Part shown: piece by piece, positions 16,139 through 24,359 of the stretch | Position numbering within the stretch: position 1 is the stretch's first letter | How the letters are laid out: each line of letters starts with the position of its first letter | Origin: a virus | Taxonomy: Duplodnaviria; Caudoviricetes | Direction: 5' to 3' (one strand) | Virus record (IMG/VR): IMGVR_UViG_3300032225_000982 | Coordinates: 1-59,789 of that record | DNA: 59,789 nt | The notes under the pieces: generated by a model | The model's input: the letters and a program-made list of their open reading frames with translations, nothing else | Database searches by the model: none | What the model was told of the DNA's origin: nothing | Translations under genes and position numbers: made by a program

Positions 16139-17734
16139 ATGGCACCGCTTCCCATTCGCATCGCCGCCACTCAGGCCGCTCCCGCAGCCAAGCACCAGCC
16201 TTCGCCTCAGCAAATTGCGGTTTATGACTGGACCAGCAACGGCACCGGCAGCGCGGTCATTGAAGCCGTCGCAGGCGCGGGCAAAACCACCACCCTCATC
16301 AACCTGCTCGACCGCACCAACGGCGATGTGGCTTTCATGGCTTACAACAAGAAAATCGCGGAAGAGATTGCAATCAAGGCCGCACCGCTCAACCTCGGCG
16401 CCCGGGTGCGCATTGGCACGGTGCACAGCTTTGGCTTTTCCGCCCTGCGCACCGTTTGCCCCCGCGCGAAAGTCGACGGCAAAAAGCTGATCACCATCGC
16501 CAAGCGCATGACGCAAAACAGGCGCCTGCCAATTGAGCTTCACGAATTCGCGGTCAAAGCCGCCGCCATGGCAAAGCAGGCAGGCATCGGCGCGATGACC
16601 GACATCGCCTCGCCCACCGCCTGGGCCGAGATGATCGCGCACCACGCCATCGATGAATTGCTGCCGGAAGGCTACGGCACCGCCGAAGGCATCCGCGCCG
16701 CTTGCGGGCTGCTTATTGCCAGCAACGACATGGCCGATCAAATGGTCGACTTTGACGACATGATCTACCTGCCGCTTCAGCGCGGCTTAGCCATAAAGCC
16801 CTACGACTGGGTGCTGCTCGACGAGGCGCAGGACACCAACGCCACCCGCCGCGCCCTGGCCAGCAAGCTGCTCGCGCCCGGTGGCCGCTTGGTTGCGGTG
16901 GGCGACCCCGCCCAGGCCATCTACGGTTTTACCGGCGCGGACTCCGACAGCCTCGACCTGATCCGCAAAGACTTCAACGCGATCACGCTGCCGCTGACCG
17001 TCTCCTACCGCTGCCCCCAGGCGGTGGTGGCCGAAGCCCGCCGCTGGGTGCAGCACATCCAGCCCGCCGACAACGCCATCGAAGGCAGCGTCGAGCGCAT
17101 CGCGGAGGAGGATTTCTGGGGTTCCGCTAAAAAGGCAGGAATTTACACGGGGCTGACCGCCGACGACGCCATCCTTTGCCGAAACACCAACCCGCTGGTC
17201 AAATTGGCTTACGGACTCATCCGGCGCGGCAAGGGCTGCATCATCGAAGGCCGCGACATCGGCATGGGGCTGATCAAGCTGGCGACCAAATGGAAAACCG
17301 CCGCAACGGTGGAAGACCTGCGCAGCAAACTGGCCCGCTGGTCGCAGGCGGAAATCAAACGCGCCCTGGACAAAGGACAGGATGCGCACGCCGCCAAGAT
17401 TGAGGACCAAACCAGCACGCTGCTCGAAATCATGAGCACGCTGCCCGACGACGCGCCCATCGCCAGCATCCAGGACGCAATCAACAAGCTCTTTGGCGAC
17501 ACGCCCGCAGGCGAGCGCCCTAAGGTGGTCACGCTCTCGACCATCCACAAAAGCAAGGGCCGGGAATGGCCCCGAGTGCTCTGGTGGGGCGCCAACGCCT
17601 ACCAGCCCAGCCCCTACGCTCGCCAGGAATGGCAGCAGGGCCAGGAGCGCAACCTAATGTATGTTGCCGCCACACGCGCCCAGGAAACCCTGGTGCATGT
17701 CACCGTTGAGAAAGAAAGAAGAGGCGAACTATGA
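16139..17734 (+). CDS. UvrD/Rep-family SF1 helicase
   Basis: AVAGAGKT, TVHS, DFDDM, LDEAQD, VGDPAQAIYGF, YRCP, STIHKSKGRE and YVAATRA. Confidence 0.93.
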   Translation: MAPLPIRIAATQAAPAAKHQPSPQQIAVYDWTSNGTGSAVIEAVAGAGKTTTLINLLDRTNGDVAFMAYNKKIAEEIAIKAAPLNLGARVRIGTVHSFGFSALRTVCPRAKVDGKKLITIAKRMTQNRRLPIELHEFAVKAAAMAKQAGIGAMTDIASPTAWAEMIAHHAIDELLPEGYGTAEGIRAACGLLIASNDMADQMVDFDDMIYLPLQRGLAIKPYDWVLLDEAQDTNATRRALASKLLAPGGRLVAVGDPAQAIYGFTGADSDSLDLIRKDFNAITLPLTVSYRCPQAVVAEARRWVQHIQPADNAIEGSVERIAEEDFWGSAKKAGIYTGLTADDAILCRNTNPLVKLAYGLIRRGKGCIIEGRDIGMGLIKLATKWKTAATVEDLRSKLARWSQAEIKRALDKGQDAHAAKIEDQTSTLLEIMSTLPDDAPIASIQDAINKLFGDTPAGERPKVVTLSTIHKSKGREWPRVLWWGANAYQPSPYARQEWQQGQERNLMYVAATRAQETLVHVTVEKERRGEL

Positions 17735-17940
17735 ACGACGCAGAATTTAGGGCCATCGTGGATCAAGGCCCGCTGATCGTAATGGTTGAGAAGGGCCACC
17801 TGCTGGCCCTGCTCGATGAGCGGGACGAGCTTCGAAACGAGCGCGACACCCTTCGAGCGGCGCTGACCGAGGTTATGTCTGGTCTCGACGAAATCATCGA
17901 ATTTGCTCACGGCACTTTGCACGAGGAAACTAAACAATGA
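17731..17940 (+). CDS. Hypothetical coiled-coil protein
   Basis: ATGA overlap; LALLDERDELR. Confidence 0.65.
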   Translation: MNDAEFRAIVDQGPLIVMVEKGHLLALLDERDELRNERDTLRAALTEVMSGLDEIIEFAHGTLHEETKQ

Positions 17941-18056
17941 CATTTGATTTTTTTTGGGGCGTTTTAATCGCAGGATGTATGGGCGGCGTTTTGGGTGCTT
18001 GCGTAGGCATAGCAGCGCAATGGCGCGAGACGGACATTAAGCCGGAGGACAAGTGA
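17937..18056 (+). CDS. 39-aa single-pass membrane protein (not in the ORF track)
   Basis: GAGGA RBS and ATGA overlap; MTFDFFWGVLIAGCMGGVLGACVGIAAQWRETDIKPEDK. Confidence 0.55.
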   Translation: MTFDFFWGVLIAGCMGGVLGACVGIAAQWRETDIKPEDK

Positions 18057-18134
18057 TAAAGGCTTTTGTCCGCCGGGGTTGATCGGGTATCATTCGCCGC
18101 TTACTTTTGACGCGGACCCCGAAGGACAAATATT

Positions 18135-18794
18135 GTGAAAACCGCCCCGCAGCAATCCTGGCCAGCCGATCAAGTTGAGCGCTGGCCCATCGATAAGCTG
18201 GTTCCGTATGCCCGCAACTCCCGCACGCACTCCGACACTCAAGTCGCGCAAATTGCCGCCAGCATCAAAGAATGGGGCTGGACCACGCCCGTGCTGGTGT
18301 CGGAGGACGGCACGCTAATAGCGGGCCACGGGCGCGTCATGGCGGCGCGTAAGCTGGGTCTGTCCGAGGTGCCGGTGATGATCGCCCGGGGCTGGACCGA
18401 GGCGCAGCGCCGCGCTTATGTCATTGCAGATAACAAGCTGGCCCTGAACGCTGGATGGGACGAAGATTTGCTGAAAATTGAATTTCAAGAATTGGGAGAA
18501 ATCAATTTTAATGTGGAATTAGTCGGTTTTTCTCAAGGAGAAATCAGCACTTTATTTCTTGAAACTCAAGAAGGAAAAACAAACGCCGAAGAAGAATGGA
18601 AAGGGATGCCTGAATTTGAGGATGCAGAACCTTGGTTTAGAAAAGTAATTGTGCATTTTGAATGCCAAGCTGATGTAGATGAATTTTTTAGATTGATTGG
18701 TCAAGAAGCCACTGAAAAAACTAAATCAATTTGGCATCCTAAAAAAGAACGCAGAGACTTGGAATCGGCGCGCTGGTCTCAAGAGGATAACTAA
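18135..18794 (+). CDS. ParB/Srx N-terminal domain protein with an AT-rich C-terminal domain
   Basis: LVPYARNSRTH, IAASIKEWGWT.PVL, IAGHGR and YVIADNKL; C-terminus WKGMPEF...KTKSIWHP. Confidence 0.88.
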   Translation: MKTAPQQSWPADQVERWPIDKLVPYARNSRTHSDTQVAQIAASIKEWGWTTPVLVSEDGTLIAGHGRVMAARKLGLSEVPVMIARGWTEAQRRAYVIADNKLALNAGWDEDLLKIEFQELGEINFNVELVGFSQGEISTLFLETQEGKTNAEEEWKGMPEFEDAEPWFRKVIVHFECQADVDEFFRLIGQEATEKTKSIWHPKKERRDLESARWSQEDN

Positions 18795-18795
18795 A

Positions 18796-19716
18796 ATGAG
18801 TGATCTTTTTCCTCAATTTCCGCTTTATATTCCATCAAAGGGGCGGCATGAATATATGATAACAAGCAAAGCTCTCACCGAAATGGGCTTGAAGCATTTT
18901 ATAATTGTAGAGCCGCAACAAGTTAACGATTACAAAAATTCTATAAAAAAAATGGGACTTACCGCAGAAATAATTACACTAGATATGTCATATAAAGAAA
19001 AATACGAATTATGTGATAATTTGGGATTAACAAAATCAACAGGCCCTGGACCGGCAAGAAATTTTGCTTGGGATCATTCAATATCCAATGGGCATAAATG
19101 GCATTGGGTTATGGATGACAATATATCTTCGTTTAGAAGAATGCACAAAAAAGAACGCATTAAAACAACTTCGCCTTCTTTTTGGCGGGCCATGGAAGAT
19201 TTTGTGCTAAGATATAAAAACATAGCAATGGCAGGGCCAGATTATTCAATGTTTGCTTTTGCTGCATCAAAGCAGCCACCATTTATTACTAACACTCGCA
19301 TTTATTCTTGCAATTTAATAAGAAATGATGTCCCATTTCGTTGGCGCGGAAGATACAATGAAGATACAATACTTTCTCTTGACATGCTAAAAGCAAAATG
19401 GTGCACCGTCCAATTTAATGCCTTTTTGCAAAACAAAATGGCAACTCAGGTAATACCTGGAGGAAATACAGCTGAATTTTACCACGCAGAGGGAGAAGTT
19501 AAAGAAGGAAAAAAATATGCAGATAATGGAACATTAGAAAAGAGCAAAATGCAAGTTAGAGTTCATCCTGATGTTTCAAAAATGGTATGGAAGTTTGATA
19601 GATGGCACCATCATGTAGATTATACCAAATTCAGAAATCAAAAACTTATTAGAAGAGATGATATTGAAATTTCAAACAAACCTAACGAATACGGAATGAA
19701 ACTTAAAAGGTTATAA
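18796..19716 (+). CDS. GT-A fold glycosyltransferase, TAGT/GREB1-like DNA-modification type
   Basis: YIPSKGR, ARNFAWD, WVMDDNI (DxD-type), NTRIYSC, RYNEDT and GGNT; AT-rich; placed between ParB and terminase. Confidence 0.75.
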   Translation: MSDLFPQFPLYIPSKGRHEYMITSKALTEMGLKHFIIVEPQQVNDYKNSIKKMGLTAEIITLDMSYKEKYELCDNLGLTKSTGPGPARNFAWDHSISNGHKWHWVMDDNISSFRRMHKKERIKTTSPSFWRAMEDFVLRYKNIAMAGPDYSMFAFAASKQPPFITNTRIYSCNLIRNDVPFRWRGRYNEDTILSLDMLKAKWCTVQFNAFLQNKMATQVIPGGNTAEFYHAEGEVKEGKKYADNGTLEKSKMQVRVHPDVSKMVWKFDRWHHHVDYTKFRNQKLIRRDDIEISNKPNEYGMKLKRL

Positions 19717-19719
19717 ATA

Positions 19720-20073
19720 ATGAGCAAACACCCCGGAGGCAGACCGCCTTACAAACCAACCGACCGCGACCGAGGCATGGTGAAAACCATGATTGGCTAC
19801 GGCATTCCGTATTCCGAAATTGCGAACGTTTTGAAGATCGACCTCAAAACGATGCGCAAATATTATCGCGACGAAATGGACACGGGCGCTACCACCGCCA
19901 ACGCCGCCATGGCGCAGAACCTGTGGAAGAAGGCCATGGGCGACGGGCCGTCATCCGTCAGCGCAACAATCTTTTGGCTCAAGTGCCGCGCTGGATGGCG
20001 GGACGTTGCGCCGCTGGAAGACCTAGAAAAGGGGTTGACCATCAAAGTGATTGGCGGCTTGCCCGATGCCTGA
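19720..20073 (+). CDS. terS: Terminase small subunit
   Basis: GRPPYKPT, an HTH, and IFWLKCRAGWRD; directly upstream of TerL. Confidence 0.8.
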   Translation: MSKHPGGRPPYKPTDRDRGMVKTMIGYGIPYSEIANVLKIDLKTMRKYYRDEMDTGATTANAAMAQNLWKKAMGDGPSSVSATIFWLKCRAGWRDVAPLEDLEKGLTIKVIGGLPDA

Positions 20074-21358
20074 ACTCGTCGTGAAGCTGCCCGAACTGCA
20101 TACCGGGCAGGTTGGCGCGTTTAAGATGCTTGACGCTGGCGGCAAGCCCGCGCGCTTCCGCGCGATCCGCTGCGGGCGCCGCTGGGGCAAAACCAGCATG
20201 GCCAAAACCATGGCGGGCGACCGCATCATGAAGGGCCGCATTCAGGGCTATTTCGTCCCGGCGTATAAATATCAAACTGAAATCTACGACGAACTGCTCG
20301 ACATGCTCCGCCCAGTGGTGAAATCGCACAACAAGACCGAGGGCATCATCCGCTGCATCACCGGAGGGCGGATTGAATTCTGGACCCTGGAAAACGAAAG
20401 CGCGGGCCGATCCCGGAAATATCACGATGTCTATATCGACGAGGCGGCGTTCACCAAACCCAACATGATGGACATTTGGAATCGCGCCATCCAGCCCACG
20501 TTGCTCGATTTCAAAGGCACGGCGACGGTCCTGAGCAACGCCAACGGTGTCGATCCCGACAATTTCTTCTGGCGCATCTGCAACGAGCCAGAACACGGCT
20601 TTGTCGAATTCCACGCCCCCACGGCCAGCAACCCCTACATGTCGCAAGAGGAGTTGGTGCGGCTTGAGGCGGAACGCCCGCCAATGGTGTGGAAACAGGA
20701 ATACCTTGCGGAATTCGTGGATTGGTCTGGCACCCAATTCTTCAAGCTAGAAAACTTGCTCGCTGACGGCGCCCCGGTGGAATACCCAACGCAGTGCGCT
20801 GGCGTGTTCGCCGTCGTTGATACCGCCACCAAAACCGGCAAAGACAATGACGGCACCGCCGTCATTTTTTGCGCCCGTGGCGCATACGGCATGAAGCCAG
20901 AATTGGTCATCCTCGATTATGAAGTCTGCCAGATCGAAGGCGCGCTGTTGGAGCATTGGCTGCCCAACATCTTCGCTCGGTTGGAAGAATTCTCCGCCCA
21001 ATGCGGCGCGCAAATCGGCAACCTTGGCGTCTGGATTGAGGACAAGGCATCCGGCATGGTGCTGCTGCAACAGGGTGTCCGACGCGGCTGGAACACCCAC
21101 AGCATCGACAGCAAGCTGACCAGTCTGGGCAAGGCGGAGCGTGCCATTTCCGTTTCCGGCTACGTTCACCAGGGCAAAGTGAAATTTTCCCGCCACGCTT
21201 ACGAAAAAACGATGATATACAAAGGCGCGACGAGAAACCACCTTATGCAACAGGTTTTGACGTTTACCCTGGGCGTCAAAGACATGGGCGAAGATGACCT
21301 GCTCGACGCATTCTGCTATTCCATCGCTATCGCACTAGGCAACCAAGAGGGGTTCTGA
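20066..21358 (+). CDS. terL: Terminase large subunit
   Basis: CGRRWGKT (Walker A), YIDEAAF (Walker B), QEYLAEF, nuclease VDTA..D and DDLLDA. Confidence 0.93.
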   Translation: MPELVVKLPELHTGQVGAFKMLDAGGKPARFRAIRCGRRWGKTSMAKTMAGDRIMKGRIQGYFVPAYKYQTEIYDELLDMLRPVVKSHNKTEGIIRCITGGRIEFWTLENESAGRSRKYHDVYIDEAAFTKPNMMDIWNRAIQPTLLDFKGTATVLSNANGVDPDNFFWRICNEPEHGFVEFHAPTASNPYMSQEELVRLEAERPPMVWKQEYLAEFVDWSGTQFFKLENLLADGAPVEYPTQCAGVFAVVDTATKTGKDNDGTAVIFCARGAYGMKPELVILDYEVCQIEGALLEHWLPNIFARLEEFSAQCGAQIGNLGVWIEDKASGMVLLQQGVRRGWNTHSIDSKLTSLGKAERAISVSGYVHQGKVKFSRHAYEKTMIYKGATRNHLMQQVLTFTLGVKDMGEDDLLDAFCYSIAIALGNQEGF

Positions 21359-21537
21359 TGGCCGACGCGGTTCAAATGCTTTCCACCGCTCTCGCGGCAC
21401 ACGGCTACAACGTGCCCGCTCACGCACTGCGCGCGGCGTTGGCCATGGCGCGGATTGCCGTCAGCATCCCGCCTTCCGGCCCGTTTGAAGACCACCTCAT
21501 CACCCACCGCAGGCTATCCGAAAAAGGCGTAGATTGA
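21358..21537 (+). CDS. 59-aa hypothetical protein (not in the ORF track)
   Basis: TGATG overlaps at both ends fill the TerL-portal gap exactly; MADAVQMLSTAL...KGVD. Confidence 0.6.
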   Translation: MADAVQMLSTALAAHGYNVPAHALRAALAMARIAVSIPPSGPFEDHLITHRRLSEKGVD

Positions 21538-22943
21538 TGTCCACGATCACCGTCACTGGCGCCAATCTTGGCGGATCGCTGCAAACCCTGCTGATGGCCG
21601 ACGAACTGATTCCCGGTTCCGATGTCAGCTACCAGCTTTGCAAAACAATCTACAGCTATCACCCGCTGGGCCGGAAAATGGTTGATGCGCCCATCGCTAT
21701 GGCGCAATCGCAGGCGCGGCAAATCAGCATTCAGAACGCTCCCGAAACCCGCGTGCGCGAGGCTTTTGAGACCGAATGGAAGCGCGTCCACGCCGACAAA
21801 TACATCGCCCAACTCGGCAGCATCGCCCGCATATACGGCGTTGGCTCCATCATTATCGGCGCAGATGGTGTGGACAGCGAAGCTGAATTGCCGCTTGACC
21901 GCTTGGGCGACCTGAAACTGTATTTTAACATTCTCGACCCGCTGAACACGGCGGGTTCGCTGGTGCTGAACCAAGACCCGAATTCCCCGGACTTCCTAAA
22001 GTCAGCGGCGATCACGGTGGCGGGCAAGCCCTACCATCGCAGCCGCTCCGTGGTGCTGATGAACGAGCAGCCGGTGTATATCGAATACACCACCAGCGCA
22101 TTTGGCTACGTTGGTCGCTCCGTGTTCCAGCGCGCCCTATACCCGCTGAAATCCTTTGTCAGCACCATGGTCACGGACGACATGGTGGCGCGGAAAGCGG
22201 GGCTAATCATCGCCAAGCTGAAGGCGCCCGGCTCCATCATCGACAACGCCATGCAGCGGATGGCGGGCATCAAGCGCCAATTGCTCAAAGACGCGCAGAC
22301 CAACAACGTCATGTCCATCGACCTGACCGAAAGCGTCGAAAGCATTAACTTGCAAAACATCGACGGCGCGGGCGCCTTTGCACGCACCAACATTCTCAAA
22401 AACATTGCCACCGCCGCCGACATGCCCGCCAAGTTGTTGGACAACGAGACCATGGTTGCAGGTTTCGGCGAAGGCACGGAGGATGCCAAAAACATCGCGC
22501 GCTATATCGACGGCATCCGTGAATGGCTGGAACCGGCTTACGATTTCTTCGACGCCGTGGTGATGCGTCGAGCTTGGAACCCTGATTTTTACGCCACCAT
22601 CCAAGCCGACTTTCCCGAGTATCAGGACGTTTCCTACACCGACGCTTTCTATCGCTGGAAAAATGGTTTTGTGGCGACATGGCCAAGCCTGCTCAAAGAC
22701 CCGGAGGCTGACACCAAAGCGGAGGATGTGCGCCAGAAAGCCATCATTTCAATGATGCAGGTGTTGATGCCGATGATGGACCCCGACAACAAGGCGCGGT
22801 TGATCGAATGGGCAATCGACAGCAGCGGCGAAAACAAAATGCTGTTCCCGCAACCGCTGGTTCTGGATTATGAGGCGCTGGCGCAATACGAACCGCCGCA
22901 ACCGGCAGATCAGCCCGATATGCCGAAGCCAGAAGGCATTTAG
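21537..22943 (+). CDS. Portal protein (DUF1073-like)
   Basis: Position after TerL, about 468 aa; ARIYG, HRSR, IATAADMP..LL and G..D..N motifs. Confidence 0.82.
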   Translation: MSTITVTGANLGGSLQTLLMADELIPGSDVSYQLCKTIYSYHPLGRKMVDAPIAMAQSQARQISIQNAPETRVREAFETEWKRVHADKYIAQLGSIARIYGVGSIIIGADGVDSEAELPLDRLGDLKLYFNILDPLNTAGSLVLNQDPNSPDFLKSAAITVAGKPYHRSRSVVLMNEQPVYIEYTTSAFGYVGRSVFQRALYPLKSFVSTMVTDDMVARKAGLIIAKLKAPGSIIDNAMQRMAGIKRQLLKDAQTNNVMSIDLTESVESINLQNIDGAGAFARTNILKNIATAADMPAKLLDNETMVAGFGEGTEDAKNIARYIDGIREWLEPAYDFFDAVVMRRAWNPDFYATIQADFPEYQDVSYTDAFYRWKNGFVATWPSLLKDPEADTKAEDVRQKAIISMMQVLMPMMDPDNKARLIEWAIDSSGENKMLFPQPLVLDYEALAQYEPPQPADQPDMPKPEGI

Positions 22944-22944
22944 G

Positions 22945-23160
22945 ATGGACGATATCGTCCACCATTTGCGGGATGTCGCCGCGTGCCGAAAGGCGGCGGA
23001 TGAACTGCGCGCCAAAGTGCTGCTGGCGCTGCAAGATTTGGAAGACATCCGAATGGCGTCGTCCTACGGCATTGACCTTGATGACATCGAGACCAAAGCC
23101 GCGCGGGCTATCGAAACCATCGCGGACCTAAGCCAGCGCATTGAGGAACTTGGCCAGTGA
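22945..23160 (+). CDS. Hypothetical coiled-coil protein
   Basis: Fills the gap between the portal and head morphogenesis genes; GTGA overlap downstream. Confidence 0.6.
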   Translation: MDDIVHHLRDVAACRKAADELRAKVLLALQDLEDIRMASSYGIDLDDIETKAARAIETIADLSQRIEELGQ

Positions 23161-23960
23161 ATTTCTACGAGACCATCACTGCTGCCGTGCGCGACATCAC
23201 TGACAACGGTTACGACCCGCTCCGCGTCGATCAATGGCTGGTGCTGATTAAGCAAGCGGCGGAACGGTCCCTGACACCTACGGCGGTGATGGAACGCACC
23301 TTGCGCGCATCCCTGGCCAGCGTTTACGCGCGTTATGTGGACAAGGGCGCAATTCTCAAACTCAACCCGGGCGTGTCGCGCTTCACCTTGGATCAAATCA
23401 AGCCCAAGCTCCGCACCGAACTTGACCGGCGCATTATGGCCAGCGCTCAGCTTATCCGCCTCAACCGCGAAGCCGCGATTCAGAAAACCCTGCAACGGTT
23501 CAGCGGTTGGTCCACCTCGATTCCGCAAGGCGGGTCCGACGTGGTGGACAAAAACGAAACCAAGGACGACATCAAGAAATCGCTTAAGCAGCTTCCGTTT
23601 GAAGAACGTCGCGTGATCATCGACCAAGGCCACAAGCTAGTGGCGTCCATCTCCGAAATCCTGGCGACGGACGGCGGCGCCATCGCGGGCGAGTGGCATT
23701 CGCACTGGCGGCAGAAAGGCTACAATTACCGCAAGGACCACAAAGAGCGGGATCGGCAGGTCTACACCATGCGCGGCAACTGGGCCATGAAATCCGGCTT
23801 GATGAAGTGCGGGCCAGCGGGCTACACCGACGACATCACTCAGCCCGGCGAAGAGGTGTTCTGCCGGTGCTGGTATCGCTACATCTACAGCCCCCGTTAT
23901 TTGCCCGACGACATGCTGACCGAAAAGGGCAAGGCGAAGCTGGAGGAATCAAGCAAGTGA
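23157..23960 (+). CDS. Head morphogenesis protein (MuF/SPP1 gp7-like)
   Basis: W.S...R..H..RD and PGEEVFCRC C-terminal motif; follows the portal gene. Confidence 0.8.
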   Translation: MNFYETITAAVRDITDNGYDPLRVDQWLVLIKQAAERSLTPTAVMERTLRASLASVYARYVDKGAILKLNPGVSRFTLDQIKPKLRTELDRRIMASAQLIRLNREAAIQKTLQRFSGWSTSIPQGGSDVVDKNETKDDIKKSLKQLPFEERRVIIDQGHKLVASISEILATDGGAIAGEWHSHWRQKGYNYRKDHKERDRQVYTMRGNWAMKSGLMKCGPAGYTDDITQPGEEVFCRCWYRYIYSPRYLPDDMLTEKGKAKLEESSK

Positions 23961-24247
23961 AAACCATAGCCGACGCCGTTTCCCGCATCGAACAGACCCT
24001 GGCACGCCAAGACAGCGAGGCGAAGCCACTGAAGTCAAAGGCGGGCGGGCTGACCGAAGCCGGGCGCGAGGCATATCACAAAGAAACCGGTGGCACGCTC
24101 CGCGCACCCACCAAAGACCCAAAAAACCGCAGGCACAAATCTTTCTGCGCCCGCATGAAGGGCATGAAAAAGAAGAACACCGGCAGCGAAGCCGCGCATG
24201 ATCCGGATAGCCGCATCAACAAATCTCTTCGCCGCTGGGGCTGCTAG
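23957..24247 (+). CDS. Small basic protein (DUF6321-like)
   Basis: GGL..GR..Y, SFCARMKG and DPDSRINKSLRRW.C; GTGA overlap. Confidence 0.7.
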   Translation: MKTIADAVSRIEQTLARQDSEAKPLKSKAGGLTEAGREAYHKETGGTLRAPTKDPKNRRHKSFCARMKGMKKKNTGSEAAHDPDSRINKSLRRWGC

Positions 24248-24277
24248 TGATAAAAAAACTTGATTTCCATAAAACCA

Positions 24278-24306
24278 TTGCGTGCATGAACTCGACCGCC
24301 CATAAT
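24278..24306 (+). promoter_or_regulatory. Sigma70-like promoter for the capsid operon
   Basis: TTGCGT-N17-CATAAT with upstream A-tracts. Confidence 0.55.
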
Positions 24307-24359
24307 GATGGCGGCTCCGCGCCTTCCGACGCGGGCAAAAGCGCGACCAAAGGCAGCAA

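Noticed and set aside
18135-18794. ParB as a plasmid-prophage partition system
   Set aside because: No ParA, no HTH after the ParB-N domain, and the context is terminase and DNA modification.
21537-22943. Portal as an anti-CBASS Acb1 protein (a label often attached to DUF1073 portals)
   Set aside because: No C-terminal 2H phosphoesterase domain with paired HxT motifs; the length fits a portal alone.
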